In this document: in pieces, positions 10,979 to 21,672 of the stretch | Layout: the number at the start of each line of letters is the position of its first letter | How positions within the stretch are numbered: position 1 is the first letter of the stretch | NCBI GenBank assembly: GCA_963737065.1 | Contig: CAVTRC010000001.1 | Location: 736,001-800,000, forward strand | Source of the DNA: Candidatus Eremiobacteria bacterium | GTDB taxonomy: Bacteria; Vulcanimicrobiota; Vulcanimicrobiia; Vulcanimicrobiales; Vulcanimicrobiaceae | Direction of reading: 5' to 3' | Length of the DNA: 64,000 nt | Program-made: the position numbers and the translations under genes | The notes under the pieces: generated by a model | Told to the model about the DNA's origin: nothing | The model's input: the letters and a program-made list of their open reading frames with translations, nothing else | The model's database searches: none

Positions 10979-11294
10979 GAAGAGCCGGTCGATGGACGAT
11001 GAAGCTGAGCGCGGTCGTCTGACGTCCGAGGCTTGCATCGTAAGCGTTCACTTTTACGTAGCAGCCCGAATGCAGCGCTCGCGCGCGGCGAACCTCGCCT
11101 AAGACGGCCGCGGGATCGCGCAGATCGAACATCGGCAAACCGAACATCTCCCAGTAATTGTTGCGCGGGTCCGGGTCATCCGTAAACTCGATCGAGACCG
11201 CCCACCCGTTATCCAACGAATACTCGATCTGCTTGCCGATTTGTTCGTCGGTCAGCGGTGGTAGAAATGAAAACGTTCCTTGAGTGATGTGCAT
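10965..11294 (-). CDS. cbbS: RuBisCO small subunit, red-type, 109 aa (C-terminally short)
   Basis: [63 protein letters not shown]. Confidence 0.96.
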   Translation of the reverse strand: MHITQGTFSFLPPLTDEQIGKQIEYSLDNGWAVSIEFTDDPDPRNNYWEMFGLPMFDLRDPAAVLGEVRRARALHSGCYVKVNAYDASLGRQTTALSFIVHRPALHDSE

Positions 11295-11305
11295 CGTTCG
11301 GCCTT

Positions 11306-12799
<1,494 letters not shown>

Positions 12800-12808
12800 T
12801 CACGCTCG

Positions 12809-12875
12809 ATTCTTGCACCGCGACTCATAGGCGTCAAATACATTGTTTTCGCGAACGTATAAATGCAAACTTATG
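12809..12875 (-). promoter_or_regulatory. cbbL promoter: LysR/CbbR box (CATAA-N8-TTATA), -35 TTGACG, 17-nt spacer, -10 AAGAAT
   Basis: Read directly on the minus strand; near-identical counterpart at 13747-13813. Confidence 0.8.
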
Positions 12876-13749
12876 CGTGCTTGAAGCCGCCGCGTTCGCA
12901 GAGGTACGAGACGAACGTGAGCGCCGCGGGCGAAAGCTCCCGCTCGGCGCTCGCGACGGCATGCCACGGGCGCATCAACGGGGTAAGCGGCGTTGCGACT
13001 TCTTCGATGAGCCCGTATTCCAATTCCCGAGTAACGGCATCGCGCGCGAGCAAGGACATCCCGAGTCCGCAGCGGACGCCTTCGCGGATGGCCGTGTTCG
13101 ATCCGACGGTCAAGCACGCGGGCGTGATTCCGGCCATTGAAAAAAAGTCTTCAGTGGTGGAACGCGTCCCAGACCCCGGCTCGCGCAGCAGCCAGGTTGC
13201 ATGAGCGAGATCGGCCAACGTTCGCGCGCCGCTTCCCGGCCGCGCGACGATGACGAGTTCGTTCGGCCGCGTCGCCAGCGTGCGCAGTAGGTGTCCTTCC
13301 GGAGGATGGCCCGCAAGAGCGAGCTCCACTTCCCAGGCATTCAGTAATTCCCAAACGCTGCCGCGATTGCCGATCTCCAGGCCGATTTCGACCGAGCCGC
13401 GCTCGTCGCGGAAACCGCGAAGCAATTCCGGGAGCAGTTGTTCCGCAAGCGTCGTCACCGCAGCGAGGCTCAGGAAAGCATTTCCCTCACCGGACCTGCG
13501 CGCTCGCGAGCATCCTTCTTCGATGAGCGCGAGCGCACGACGCGCCGACTCGACCATGACGCGACCGGCGTCCGTGAGACGCGTACCGCGCCCGTCCCGC
13601 TCGAACAACGCGACGCCCACTTCGCGAGCGAGCGCGGTGAGCGCCGCCGATACTGCCGGCTGCGACACGACCATGCGATCGGCGGCCGCGCGAACCGAGC
13701 CGCTTTTCGCAACTTCGACGAGCGTTCGCAACTGATGCAGCGATGGCAT
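12871..13749 (-). CDS. cbbR: LysR-family regulator CbbR
   Basis: HTH 'SLHQLRTLVEVA..GSVRAAA...VSQPAVS', WLLREPGSGTR; lies inside the cbb locus. Confidence 0.92.
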   Translation of the reverse strand: MPSLHQLRTLVEVAKSGSVRAAADRMVVSQPAVSAALTALAREVGVALFERDGRGTRLTDAGRVMVESARRALALIEEGCSRARRSGEGNAFLSLAAVTTLAEQLLPELLRGFRDERGSVEIGLEIGNRGSVWELLNAWEVELALAGHPPEGHLLRTLATRPNELVIVARPGSGARTLADLAHATWLLREPGSGTRSTTEDFFSMAGITPACLTVGSNTAIREGVRCGLGMSLLARDAVTRELEYGLIEEVATPLTPLMRPWHAVASAERELSPAALTFVSYLCERGGFKHA

Positions 13750-13813
13750 AAAACGGGCCTTATGAATAAGCGAAAATATTTTATTTGACGCCTATGTGTC
13801 GCGGTGCCATGAT
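13747..13813 (+). promoter_or_regulatory. fba-fbp-prk promoter: LysR box CATAA-N8-TTATG, -35 TTGACG, 17-nt spacer, -10 CATGAT
   Basis: Palindrome at 13747-13764 overlapping the cbbR start codon; TTGACG 13785-13790; CATGAT 13808-13813. Confidence 0.8.
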
Positions 13814-13850
13814 ACCACAAAAGTCGCACTTCACCTCGGGAGATGTACAC

Positions 13851-14897
13851 GTGGGCACACATGGCGTTTGCTTGGCGCAAGTCGCCGATTCGCTGGTCGC
13901 TTCCGGTAAAGGCATCCTCGCCGCGGATGAGAGCATCCAAACGTGCAACAAGCGATTCCAAGCCCTCGGGATACCGGCCACGGAAGAAACGCGTCGTGCG
14001 TACCGCGAGCTTCTGTTCACTGCGCCGGGTCTTCGCAGCTACATCAGCGGCGCAATAGTATGCGACGAAACGATGCGGCAAACGACCTCGCGCAACGTGC
14101 GTTTCGTCGATGCATTACAGCGCGAACGCATACTCGTCGGAATCAAGGTAGATACCGGAACCGAATCGTTTCCCGGCTCGCCCGATGAAAAGATCACCAC
14201 GGGACTTGACGGGCTCGCGGAACGGATCGCGGAGTACCGCGCACTCGGAGCGCGTTTTGCCAAATGGCGCGCGGTGATTGCGATCGGCGAGAACCGGCCG
14301 TCGCAACACTGCATCGAGGCTAACGCGTACATGCTCGCGCGCTATGCGCGTATCTGCCAAGAAGGCGGCCTCGTCCCGATCGTCGAGCCCGAAGTGCTCA
14401 TGGACGGTTCGCACGACCTTGCCCGGTGCGCCGAAGTCACCGTGATCACGCTCGCGATCGTGTTCGAACAACTGGATCAGGAACGCGTTTGGCCCGATGA
14501 AATGATTTTGAAGCCGTCGATGGTGATCGAAGGCAGCGCCGCGCCGCTGCAGTCGGACCCCCGCGTGGTTGCGGCCGCGACGGTAACCGCATTGAAGAGA
14601 ACCGTTCCCTCACACCTCGCCGGCATCGCGTTTTTGTCGGGAGGGCAGAGCGCGCTGCGTGCCACGGAAAATCTGCATGCGATCACGCGCCTCGCGGGCG
14701 AGTCGTTGTGGCCGCTTACGTTCTCTTTCGGCCGCGCGCTGCAATCGACGGCGCTCGAATATTGGCGGGGAGCAGATGACCGGGTCGTGGAGGCGCAACG
14801 CAAGCTCGTACGTCGCGCTCGGTGCAACGCTGCCGCAGCGCTCGGAATGTACGAACAATCCATGGAAGAGGGTGCCCGCCAAGCGGTGCCGGCATAG
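13851..14897 (+). CDS. fba: Class I fructose-bisphosphate aldolase
   Basis: GKGILAADES, GIKVDTG, RFAKWRAVI, VPIVEPEVL, ILKPSMV, FLSGGQS, TFSFGRALQ; GTG start 13851 after RBS GGGAG and downstream of the promoter. Confidence 0.95.
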   Translation: MGTHGVCLAQVADSLVASGKGILAADESIQTCNKRFQALGIPATEETRRAYRELLFTAPGLRSYISGAIVCDETMRQTTSRNVRFVDALQRERILVGIKVDTGTESFPGSPDEKITTGLDGLAERIAEYRALGARFAKWRAVIAIGENRPSQHCIEANAYMLARYARICQEGGLVPIVEPEVLMDGSHDLARCAEVTVITLAIVFEQLDQERVWPDEMILKPSMVIEGSAAPLQSDPRVVAAATVTALKRTVPSHLAGIAFLSGGQSALRATENLHAITRLAGESLWPLTFSFGRALQSTALEYWRGADDRVVEAQRKLVRRARCNAAAALGMYEQSMEEGARQAVPA

Positions 14898-15965
14898 ATG
14901 CAACCGCGCACGACGTTCAGCCGCTTCATCACCGAAGATCAGCGACGTAAATACGGCGATCCAAACCTCGTCGCTCTTTTGAACGACGTTCAAAGTGCAT
15001 GCAAGCTGATTGCCTCGTACGTTGCGCGCGCATCGCTCGATCACGGCACGAAGCGTGAAAAAACGTTGAACGTTCACGGCGAACATCAAAAGCCGCTGGA
15101 CGTCATCGCGAACGAGATATTTCTGCGCGAATGCGAGTGGGGCGGACACCTGGCCGGAGTCATATCGGAAGAGATGGCTGAGCCGTACGTCATTCCGCCC
15201 ACGTTTTCCAAAGGCGACTATTTGCTCGTATTCGATCCAGTTGACGGGTCGTCCAACTTCGATGTGAATGTGACCGTCGGGTCGATCTTTTCAATTCTTC
15301 GGTCAACGTCGACCGAGGTCGATGCCGATACGTTTTTGCAGGCCGGGAAGGAACAAGTAGCGGCCGGCTTTGCTCTTTATGGGCCGGCCTCGATGATCGT
15401 GCTCACGCTCGGCGAGGGTGTCTTCGGGTTCACGCTCGACCCGCAAATGGGCGTCTATACGCTCACTCATCCCTTTATGACCATTCCGAATAACGCGCAC
15501 GAATTCGCAATCAACGCGTCAAACGAACGTTTTTGGGAGCCGCCTGTTCGCTGCTACGTCGCTGAGTGCGTACAAGGAAAGTCCGGTCCGCGCGGGGCCG
15601 ACTTCAATATGCGGTGGATTGCATCGCTCGTGGCCGAGGTGTATCGCATTCTCATTCGCGGCGGCGTCTTCATGTATCCGCGCGACAAGCGCGAGCCGCT
15701 CAATCCCGGCCGGTTGCGCCTGCTCTACGAAGCAAATCCAATGGCGATGATCATCGAACAAGCCGGCGGTTTGGCGTCGACCGGGCGCGAGCGAATTCTC
15801 GATATCGTTCCCTCCGCGATCCATCAAAAAGTGCCGCTGATCCTCGGTTCTGCATGCGAGGTCGAACGCGTCTGCAGCTATCATGCGACGTACGATCGCG
15901 GCGAAGCTTTGACGTTCGCTACGCCGCTCTTCAATCAACGCTCGCTTCTGCGCGCTACCCCGTAG
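14898..15965 (+). CDS. fbp: Class 1 fructose-1,6-bisphosphatase (CbbF-like FBPase/SBPase)
   Basis: QKPLDVIAN, SEEM, FDPVDGSSN, FNMRWIASLVAEVYRIL, RLRLLYEANP. Confidence 0.96.
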   Translation: MQPRTTFSRFITEDQRRKYGDPNLVALLNDVQSACKLIASYVARASLDHGTKREKTLNVHGEHQKPLDVIANEIFLRECEWGGHLAGVISEEMAEPYVIPPTFSKGDYLLVFDPVDGSSNFDVNVTVGSIFSILRSTSTEVDADTFLQAGKEQVAAGFALYGPASMIVLTLGEGVFGFTLDPQMGVYTLTHPFMTIPNNAHEFAINASNERFWEPPVRCYVAECVQGKSGPRGADFNMRWIASLVAEVYRILIRGGVFMYPRDKREPLNPGRLRLLYEANPMAMIIEQAGGLASTGRERILDIVPSAIHQKVPLILGSACEVERVCSYHATYDRGEALTFATPLFNQRSLLRATP

Positions 15966-15975
15966 CGGAGACACC

Positions 15976-16895
15976 ATGTCCGTCAAGCATCCGATCATCG
16001 GCGTCACGGGATCGTCGGGCGCCGGCACTACGACCGTGCGAACGACGTTTTCGCAGATATTCCGGCGCGAACGGATTGCAGCAACGATTGTCGAGGGCGA
16101 CGCTTTTCATCGATATTCGCGCGAGGAGATGCGCCGGCAACTCGATGGCGCGCATGAGCGAGGCGACCCGCATTTCAGCCACTTCGGCCCCGAGGCCAAT
16201 CTCTTCGTCGAGTTGCAAGCGCTCTTTGAAAGTTACGCGCGTAACGGCTCCGGAAAGGTTCGCGCGTACCTGCATGACGAGAACGACGCGGCTCCATATC
16301 AGCAAGTTCCGGGAACGTTCACACCGTGGATGGATCTGGCACCCGGCGAGCGATCTGCTCTTCTACGAGGGCTTGCACGGCGCCGTGGTCACGGACAAGA
16401 TCGACGTCGCGCGCTACGTCGACCTGCTCATCGGGGTCGTGCCGTCGGTCAATCTCGAGTGGATTCAAAAACTCCATCGCGACAAGACGCAGCGTGGTCA
16501 CTCGCACGAGGCCGTCGTCGATACGATTCTGCGCCGAATGCCCGACTACGTGAACTATATCTGCCCGCAGTTTTCACGAACCGATGTGAACTTTCAGCGC
16601 GTTCCAATCGTCGATACGTCGAACCCCTTCGTCGCGCGTGCGATTCCGGCCGCGGATGAGAGTATGCTCGTTATCCGTTTCCGAAACCCGAAGAGAGATC
16701 GACTTTCCGTATTTGCTCGCGATGCTGCACGGTTCGTTTATGTCACGGCAGAACACGATCGTGTGTCCGGGCGGAAAGATGGACCTCGCGATGCAGTTGA
16801 TTTTCACGCCGATGATTCTGCAACTCATGGACCGCAAGAAGCGCATGTTGCCGCAGCCGATCCAAGGCGGGACGCGGGAACCGGTTCTTTCCTGA
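15976..16895 (+). CDS. prk: Phosphoribulokinase, with two apparent +1 frameshifts (~16348, ~16694)
   Basis: Three consecutive frames join to a full PRK: MSVKHPIIGVTGSSGAGTT...TFTPW / SDLLFYEGLHG...NLEWIQK..RD...PQFSRTDVNFQRVP / IDFPYLL..LHGSFMSR. Confidence 0.93.
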
Positions 16896-16910
16896 TGTAA
16901 CGATAGGCCC

Positions 16911-17624
16911 GTGCGAACGTTCTCGGTACAACTTGCATCGACATGGAAACCGGAACGCTCCGCATTCGTAACGATCGTTATCGACGTCTTGCGCGCGACG
17001 ACGGTCATCGCTACGGCGCTTGCCAACGGCGCGACGCGAGTCGTCCCGACGATCGACATCAACGAAGCGCTCGCGTCACGGCAACGCTTCGGTCGCGACG
17101 TGGTTCTCGGCGGAGAACGGAACACTACTCGAATCGAGGGCTTCGACCTCGGCAACTCGCCCGCCGAATATACCGCGCGCCGAGTGAACGAAAAAATCGT
17201 CGTCCTGACCACGACGAATGGAACGCGCGCTATTCATGTCGCAGCACAATGTTCCGCGCAACTCTATACCGGCGCGCTCGTGAACGCGTCCGCAACCGCC
17301 GAGCGTGCGTGCACGCACGAACTTCCGATCGTTGCCCTCTGCGCCGGAACACAAGGCGAGTTCAGCTTGGAGGATTGGATTTGCGCGGGAGCTTTGGCCG
17401 ATGCGTGCGCGAAGAAAGGGCTCTCGCTCGACGATGCCGCAATCGCGGCGGCCGAATTATTCCGCGCTAAACGCACCGGCCTCTATCACGCGATCAGCGG
17501 CGGCAAACACGCCCAAATCCTCATCGAGAACGGCTTCGCAGGCGACGTCGAGTTCTCGGCCACGCTTGACCGTTACGATGTCGCTCCGGCTTTCGCCGGC
17601 GGCTCGCTGCAACGCGAGCGCTAA
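16911..17624 (+). CDS. comB: 2-phosphosulfolactate phosphatase (ComB) family phosphatase
   Basis: VIDVLRATT, LGGER, FDLGNSP, TTTNGTRA, FSLEDWICAG. Confidence 0.9.
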   Translation: MRTFSVQLASTWKPERSAFVTIVIDVLRATTVIATALANGATRVVPTIDINEALASRQRFGRDVVLGGERNTTRIEGFDLGNSPAEYTARRVNEKIVVLTTTNGTRAIHVAAQCSAQLYTGALVNASATAERACTHELPIVALCAGTQGEFSLEDWICAGALADACAKKGLSLDDAAIAAAELFRAKRTGLYHAISGGKHAQILIENGFAGDVEFSATLDRYDVAPAFAGGSLQRER

Positions 17625-18481
17625 GGGTGAAACATCGCGCGGAAGATGTATACGCCCGGGACGTCGCGGCAGAACGCGCGCGGCGCTTCGTACGTCGATA
17701 GACGGGCCGCGCGAAGAGCAGCGTCGTCGAACGCCTTGACGCCGGACGGCGCGTACACCCACGCACCGTCAAGCTCGCCCTTTGTGCCGACGGCGATTTC
17801 AATGAGCGACTGGTAGACTTGATCGATGTGATAGCCGACGGGCAAATCCGGCCTCATCGCTTCGCTCGCTCTTGCCGGCGCGAACGGCAGCGCGCAGTCG
17901 GTCGGGCCCGGAGCGCTCGCAATGACGGGGTGCAACAGCGGCGTACCGGGCGGCGGCGGTGTCGGCGCCGCGTCGGGATCCAAGGCAACGATGTCTTTCC
18001 CGATCGTCGTTTCCGGATGCTTTGGATCGTACTCAGAACCGGCGCACGCGTGCGATTGCGAATCCCAGCCCAAGGTGTGCTCGTCGGTGACGCGTGCATC
18101 ACTCACGAACGCCGCACGAACGACGGCCGGCGAAGAGAACGCCGCGAACAGCGCGGGCGACTCAAAATCCGTTCGAGTGAATACCGCCGACGGTCCTTCG
18201 AACCGTCGCGTGCGCGCGGTCAAATTCACGCCGTCGAATGGAATCTCGTACCAGCCGTCGTCGGTCTGCACGGAAATGTCACCCGAGACCGTGCGCGAAC
18301 TATTGGCCGACAATCGCACCGCGTACGTGGTTGCCGGCGTGCCGGTTGCGGCACCGACCGGCGTGAGGCTCGCCGAAGCTCCGCAGTACTCGACGATCGC
18401 GAGCGCACGTCCGTGCGCAGCGCCAACGAAAGCGAAAATTCCAGCAGCAAAAAGCGCAACACGAAACGCGCGATGATTCAT
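17621..18481 (-). CDS. Secreted protein with C-terminal TonB_C domain
   Basis: Signal peptide, Pro-rich linker APTPPPPG, 'PSGVKAFDDAALRAARLSTY'. Confidence 0.7.
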   Translation of the reverse strand: MNHRAFRVALFAAGIFAFVGAAHGRALAIVEYCGASASLTPVGAATGTPATTYAVRLSANSSRTVSGDISVQTDDGWYEIPFDGVNLTARTRRFEGPSAVFTRTDFESPALFAAFSSPAVVRAAFVSDARVTDEHTLGWDSQSHACAGSEYDPKHPETTIGKDIVALDPDAAPTPPPPGTPLLHPVIASAPGPTDCALPFAPARASEAMRPDLPVGYHIDQVYQSLIEIAVGTKGELDGAWVYAPSGVKAFDDAALRAARLSTYEAPRAFCRDVPGVYIFRAMFHP

Positions 18482-18558
18482 CACGACCTTTTCCGCTCCC
18501 CCCGCAAAGGCAACCTGCCGGAAGGATTCACATTCGTGCAGGCGGACTACCAATCGTC

Positions 18559-19594
18559 GTGGCTATCAAAAAGCGAAACCGGCACAGCGCTTCTTCTTTA
18601 GAGCGGCGCGGGACTAAGCGACGAGCAACTCGTTGCGATCCTGCGAACGATGCTGATGCACCGTCGCTTGGAAGGTCGCGGCTTCGAACTGAATCGGCAA
18701 GGGAAGATTCCGTTCGCATCGGCCGGCGAAGGTCATGAAGCGGTTCAAGCCGGCGCGGCGATGGCGTTCGAGCGCGGCAAGGATATCCTCGTTCCGTACT
18801 ACCGCGATCTCGGACTCGACATCGGCATCGGGCTTTCACCGTTCGAGGTGCTGCTTTCACTTTTTGCGCGCGCTGGAGATCAATCCGGTGGGCGTCAATT
18901 TCCGCACCACTATGCGAGCAAAAGACTCGGCCTGTACTCGATCAGCTCCGTTCTTGCCGCGCAGCTCCCGCACGCCGTCGGCGCCGCGTATGCGCTGAAG
19001 TACCGCGAAGAAACCGGGCGGGCCGTGCTCGCAACCGTTGGCGACGGCGCGACGTCCGAAGGCGAGTGGCATGAGTCAATGAATTTCGCGGCGATCCACA
19101 AGCTACCGATCGTGTTCCTCTGCGAGAACAACGAATGGGCGATCTCGACGCCGCTCGCCAAGCAAATGGCGAATCAGAACATCTACGAGCGCGCCGAAGG
19201 TTACGGCATGCCGGGTGTCCAGGTCAACGGGTTCGATCCGATCGCCTGCTATGCGGTGGTGAAGGAGGCCATGGAGCGCGCGCGCTCGGGCGGCGGTCCC
19301 ACCTTCATCGAGGCGAAGTGTTACCGATTCCTCGCGCACACGACGGACGACGACGATCGTACGTATCGGAGCCGCGAGGAGGTCGCGGACCGGCGCAGGG
19401 ACGACCCGGTTCCCAACTTCCAACGCCTGCTCGTCGAACACGGTGTGCTGACGCCCGAGGGCCTTGAAGATTTGAAGCGTTCCGTCCTGACGGAGGCGAA
19501 CGAAGCCACGGACCGGGCGGAATCGATGCCGTATCCGGCTCCGCACGACCTCTACACCGATGTGTACGCGGATTCGTATCAGCCCTGGCGCTGA
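18559..19594 (+). CDS. 2-oxoacid (branched-chain type) dehydrogenase E1 alpha, copy 1; N-terminal ~30 codons frameshifted
   Basis: LNRQGKIPF, PYYRD, GDGATSEGEWHE, ENNEWAISTP, YRFLAHT; upstream GTG 18559 and GLSDEQL segment match copy 2. Confidence 0.9.
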
Positions 19595-19611
19595 TGCGCT
19601 GACGCGTGCTT

Positions 19612-19637
19612 CGTGGTTCGACAGGCTCACCATGACA
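19612..19637. repeat. REP-like short element (TGGTTCGACAGGCTCACCATGAC)
   Basis: Resembles the widespread 'TTCGACA.GCTCA' REP-like repeat family; reverse strand reads MVSLSNH; only one copy noticed. Confidence 0.55.
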
Positions 19638-19653
19638 CGGGGAACGAAACAAC

Positions 19654-20680
19654 GTGGCTAAAACGGACGTAACGGCGAAGGGCGTAGATCGTCACGGGCT
19701 GACGGACGAGCAGTTGCAGCAAATCTTTCGGAACATGCTGCTGCAGCGTCAACTCGACAATCGCGGCTTTCAACTCAACCGCCAAGGCAAAGTGCCGTTC
19801 GCGCTCGGCAGCGAGGGACACGAAGCGCTGCAAGCCGGCGCGGCGATGGCGTTTCATCGCGGCAAAGACATCCTCGCGCCGTACTATCGCGATCTCGGTC
19901 TCGCGGTCGGCATCGGGCTCACGCCGTACGAGATCATGCTCTCGATCTTTGCGCGACGCGACGATCATAACGGCGGACGTCAGTTTCCGAATCACTATTC
20001 GTCGAAAGCGGCGGGCTTGATGTCGTTCTCATCGATTCTCGCTGCGCACATTCCGCACGCGATAGGCGCTGCATATGCATTGAAGTATCGCGGGGAAACC
20101 GGACGCGCGGTGCTCGTGACCTGCGGCGACGGCACCACGTCCGAAGGCGAATGGCACGAGTCGATGAACTTTGCGGCGATTCACTCATTGCCGCTCGTGA
20201 TGCTCGTCGAGAACAACGAATGGGCGATTTCGACGCCGCTTTCGAAGCAGATGGCGCAACCGGAAATTTGGAAGCGCGCGGCGGGATACGGCATGCCGGG
20301 CAAACGGTTCAACGGCTTCGATCCGATCGAAACGTACGCAAACGTGAACGAAGCCATGGAACGCGCACGCTCGGACGGCGGCCCGACCCTTCTCGAAGGG
20401 ATGTGTTACCGCTTCTTGGCGCACTCCACGGACGACAACGATATGACGTACCGCACGAAAGAGATCGTCGCCGAAGCGCGCAAGAACGATCCGGTGCCGA
20501 AGTTTCAAACGCTGCTGCGTCGAGGACGGCATCATGAGCGAAGCCGACGTCGACGCGATGAAAAAAGACGTGCTGCGCGAGACGAACGAGGCGACCGATA
20601 AAGCCGAAGCCGTTCCATATCCGCAAGCGTCAGATCTCTATAGCAATCTCTACGAGGGAGCCTGGCAGCCGTGGCAGTAA
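19654..20680 (+). CDS. 2-oxoacid dehydrogenase E1 alpha, copy 2; +1 frameshift at ~20518
   Basis: LNRQGKVPF, GDGTTSEGEWHE, YRFLAHS; shifted frame continues VEDGIMSE...YEGAWQPWQ* like the C-terminus of copy 1. Confidence 0.92.
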
Positions 20681-21672
20681 CCGCCGGATCGAAAGTTCTT
20701 AATAATGTCGAGGCCGTACGCGAAACGCTGTACGAAGCGATGAAGAATGACGACCGCACGATCATTCTCGGCGAAGACGTCGGCGCTCGCGGGAATGTCT
20801 TTCTCATCACGAAGGATTTCATCAGCGAGTTCGGTCCGGACCGCGTCATCGACACACCGATCGCGGAAGCGTCCATCGTCGGTATCGCCGTCGGCATGGC
20901 GATGGAAGGCCTGCGCCCGATTGCGGAGATTCAATTCGCCGATTTCATCTATCCGGCGTTCAACCAAATCGTCGGTGAAGCGGCGAAGACACGCTATCGT
21001 TCGAACGGTGAATACACGTGTCCGCTCGTGATTCGGACGCCGTACGGCGGCGGGGTTCGCGGTGCGCTTTCGCACTCGGTCTCGATCGAAGCGTTGTTCT
21101 ACCACGTGCCCGGGTTGAAGATCGTTGCGCCGGCGTTTCCCGCCGACGTGAAGGGTTTGCTCAACGCCGCGATCGACGATCCCGATCCGGTGCTCTTTCT
21201 CGAACACAAGAAGACGTATCGTTTGATTAAGGGTGAAGTGCCCGAGGGTCACTACACGATTCCGATCGGCAAGGCGAACGTTCTCAAGGAAGGCGCTCAG
21301 CTCACCGTCGTGTCGTACGGGCTGTACGTACACTGGGCGCTCGAAGCCGCCAATCAATTGGAGAACGAAGGCATGTCCGTCGAAGTGATCGATCTGCGCT
21401 CCATCCGCCCGATGGATCGCACAACAATTCTCACGAGCGTCGAGAAGACGCGCAAACTGCTCGTCATCCACGAAGACAACAAGTTCGGCGGTATCGGTGC
21501 CGAGATTTCCGCGATGGTCGCGGAAGAAGCGCTCTTCTCGCTCGACGCGCCGATTCGCCGGCTCGCCGCGCCCGACGTCCCGGCGATGGGCTACGCGGAA
21601 CCACTCGAACACGAGTACATGTCGTCCCCGGCCGCGATGGCCGATGCAATGCGCGAGTTGGTGAAATTCTAA
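20671..21672 (+). CDS. 2-oxoacid dehydrogenase E1 beta
   Basis: [45 protein letters not shown]. Confidence 0.95.
   Translation: MAVTAGSKVLNNVEAVRETLYEAMKNDDRTIILGEDVGARGNVFLITKDFISEFGPDRVIDTPIAEASIVGIAVGMAMEGLRPIAEIQFADFIYPAFNQIVGEAAKTRYRSNGEYTCPLVIRTPYGGGVRGALSHSVSIEALFYHVPGLKIVAPAFPADVKGLLNAAIDDPDPVLFLEHKKTYRLIKGEVPEGHYTIPIGKANVLKEGAQLTVVSYGLYVHWALEAANQLENEGMSVEVIDLRSIRPMDRTTILTSVEKTRKLLVIHEDNKFGGIGAEISAMVAEEALFSLDAPIRRLAAPDVPAMGYAEPLEHEYMSSPAAMADAMRELVKF

Noticed and set aside
16340..16700. Programmed ribosomal frameshifting in prk
   Set aside because: No slippery heptamer or obvious stimulatory structure; similar insertions in neighbouring genes point to sequence error
15566..16900. 444-aa ORF overlapping fbp and prk
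   Set aside because: Only ~16349-16693 is real (the middle of PRK); the rest is off-frame
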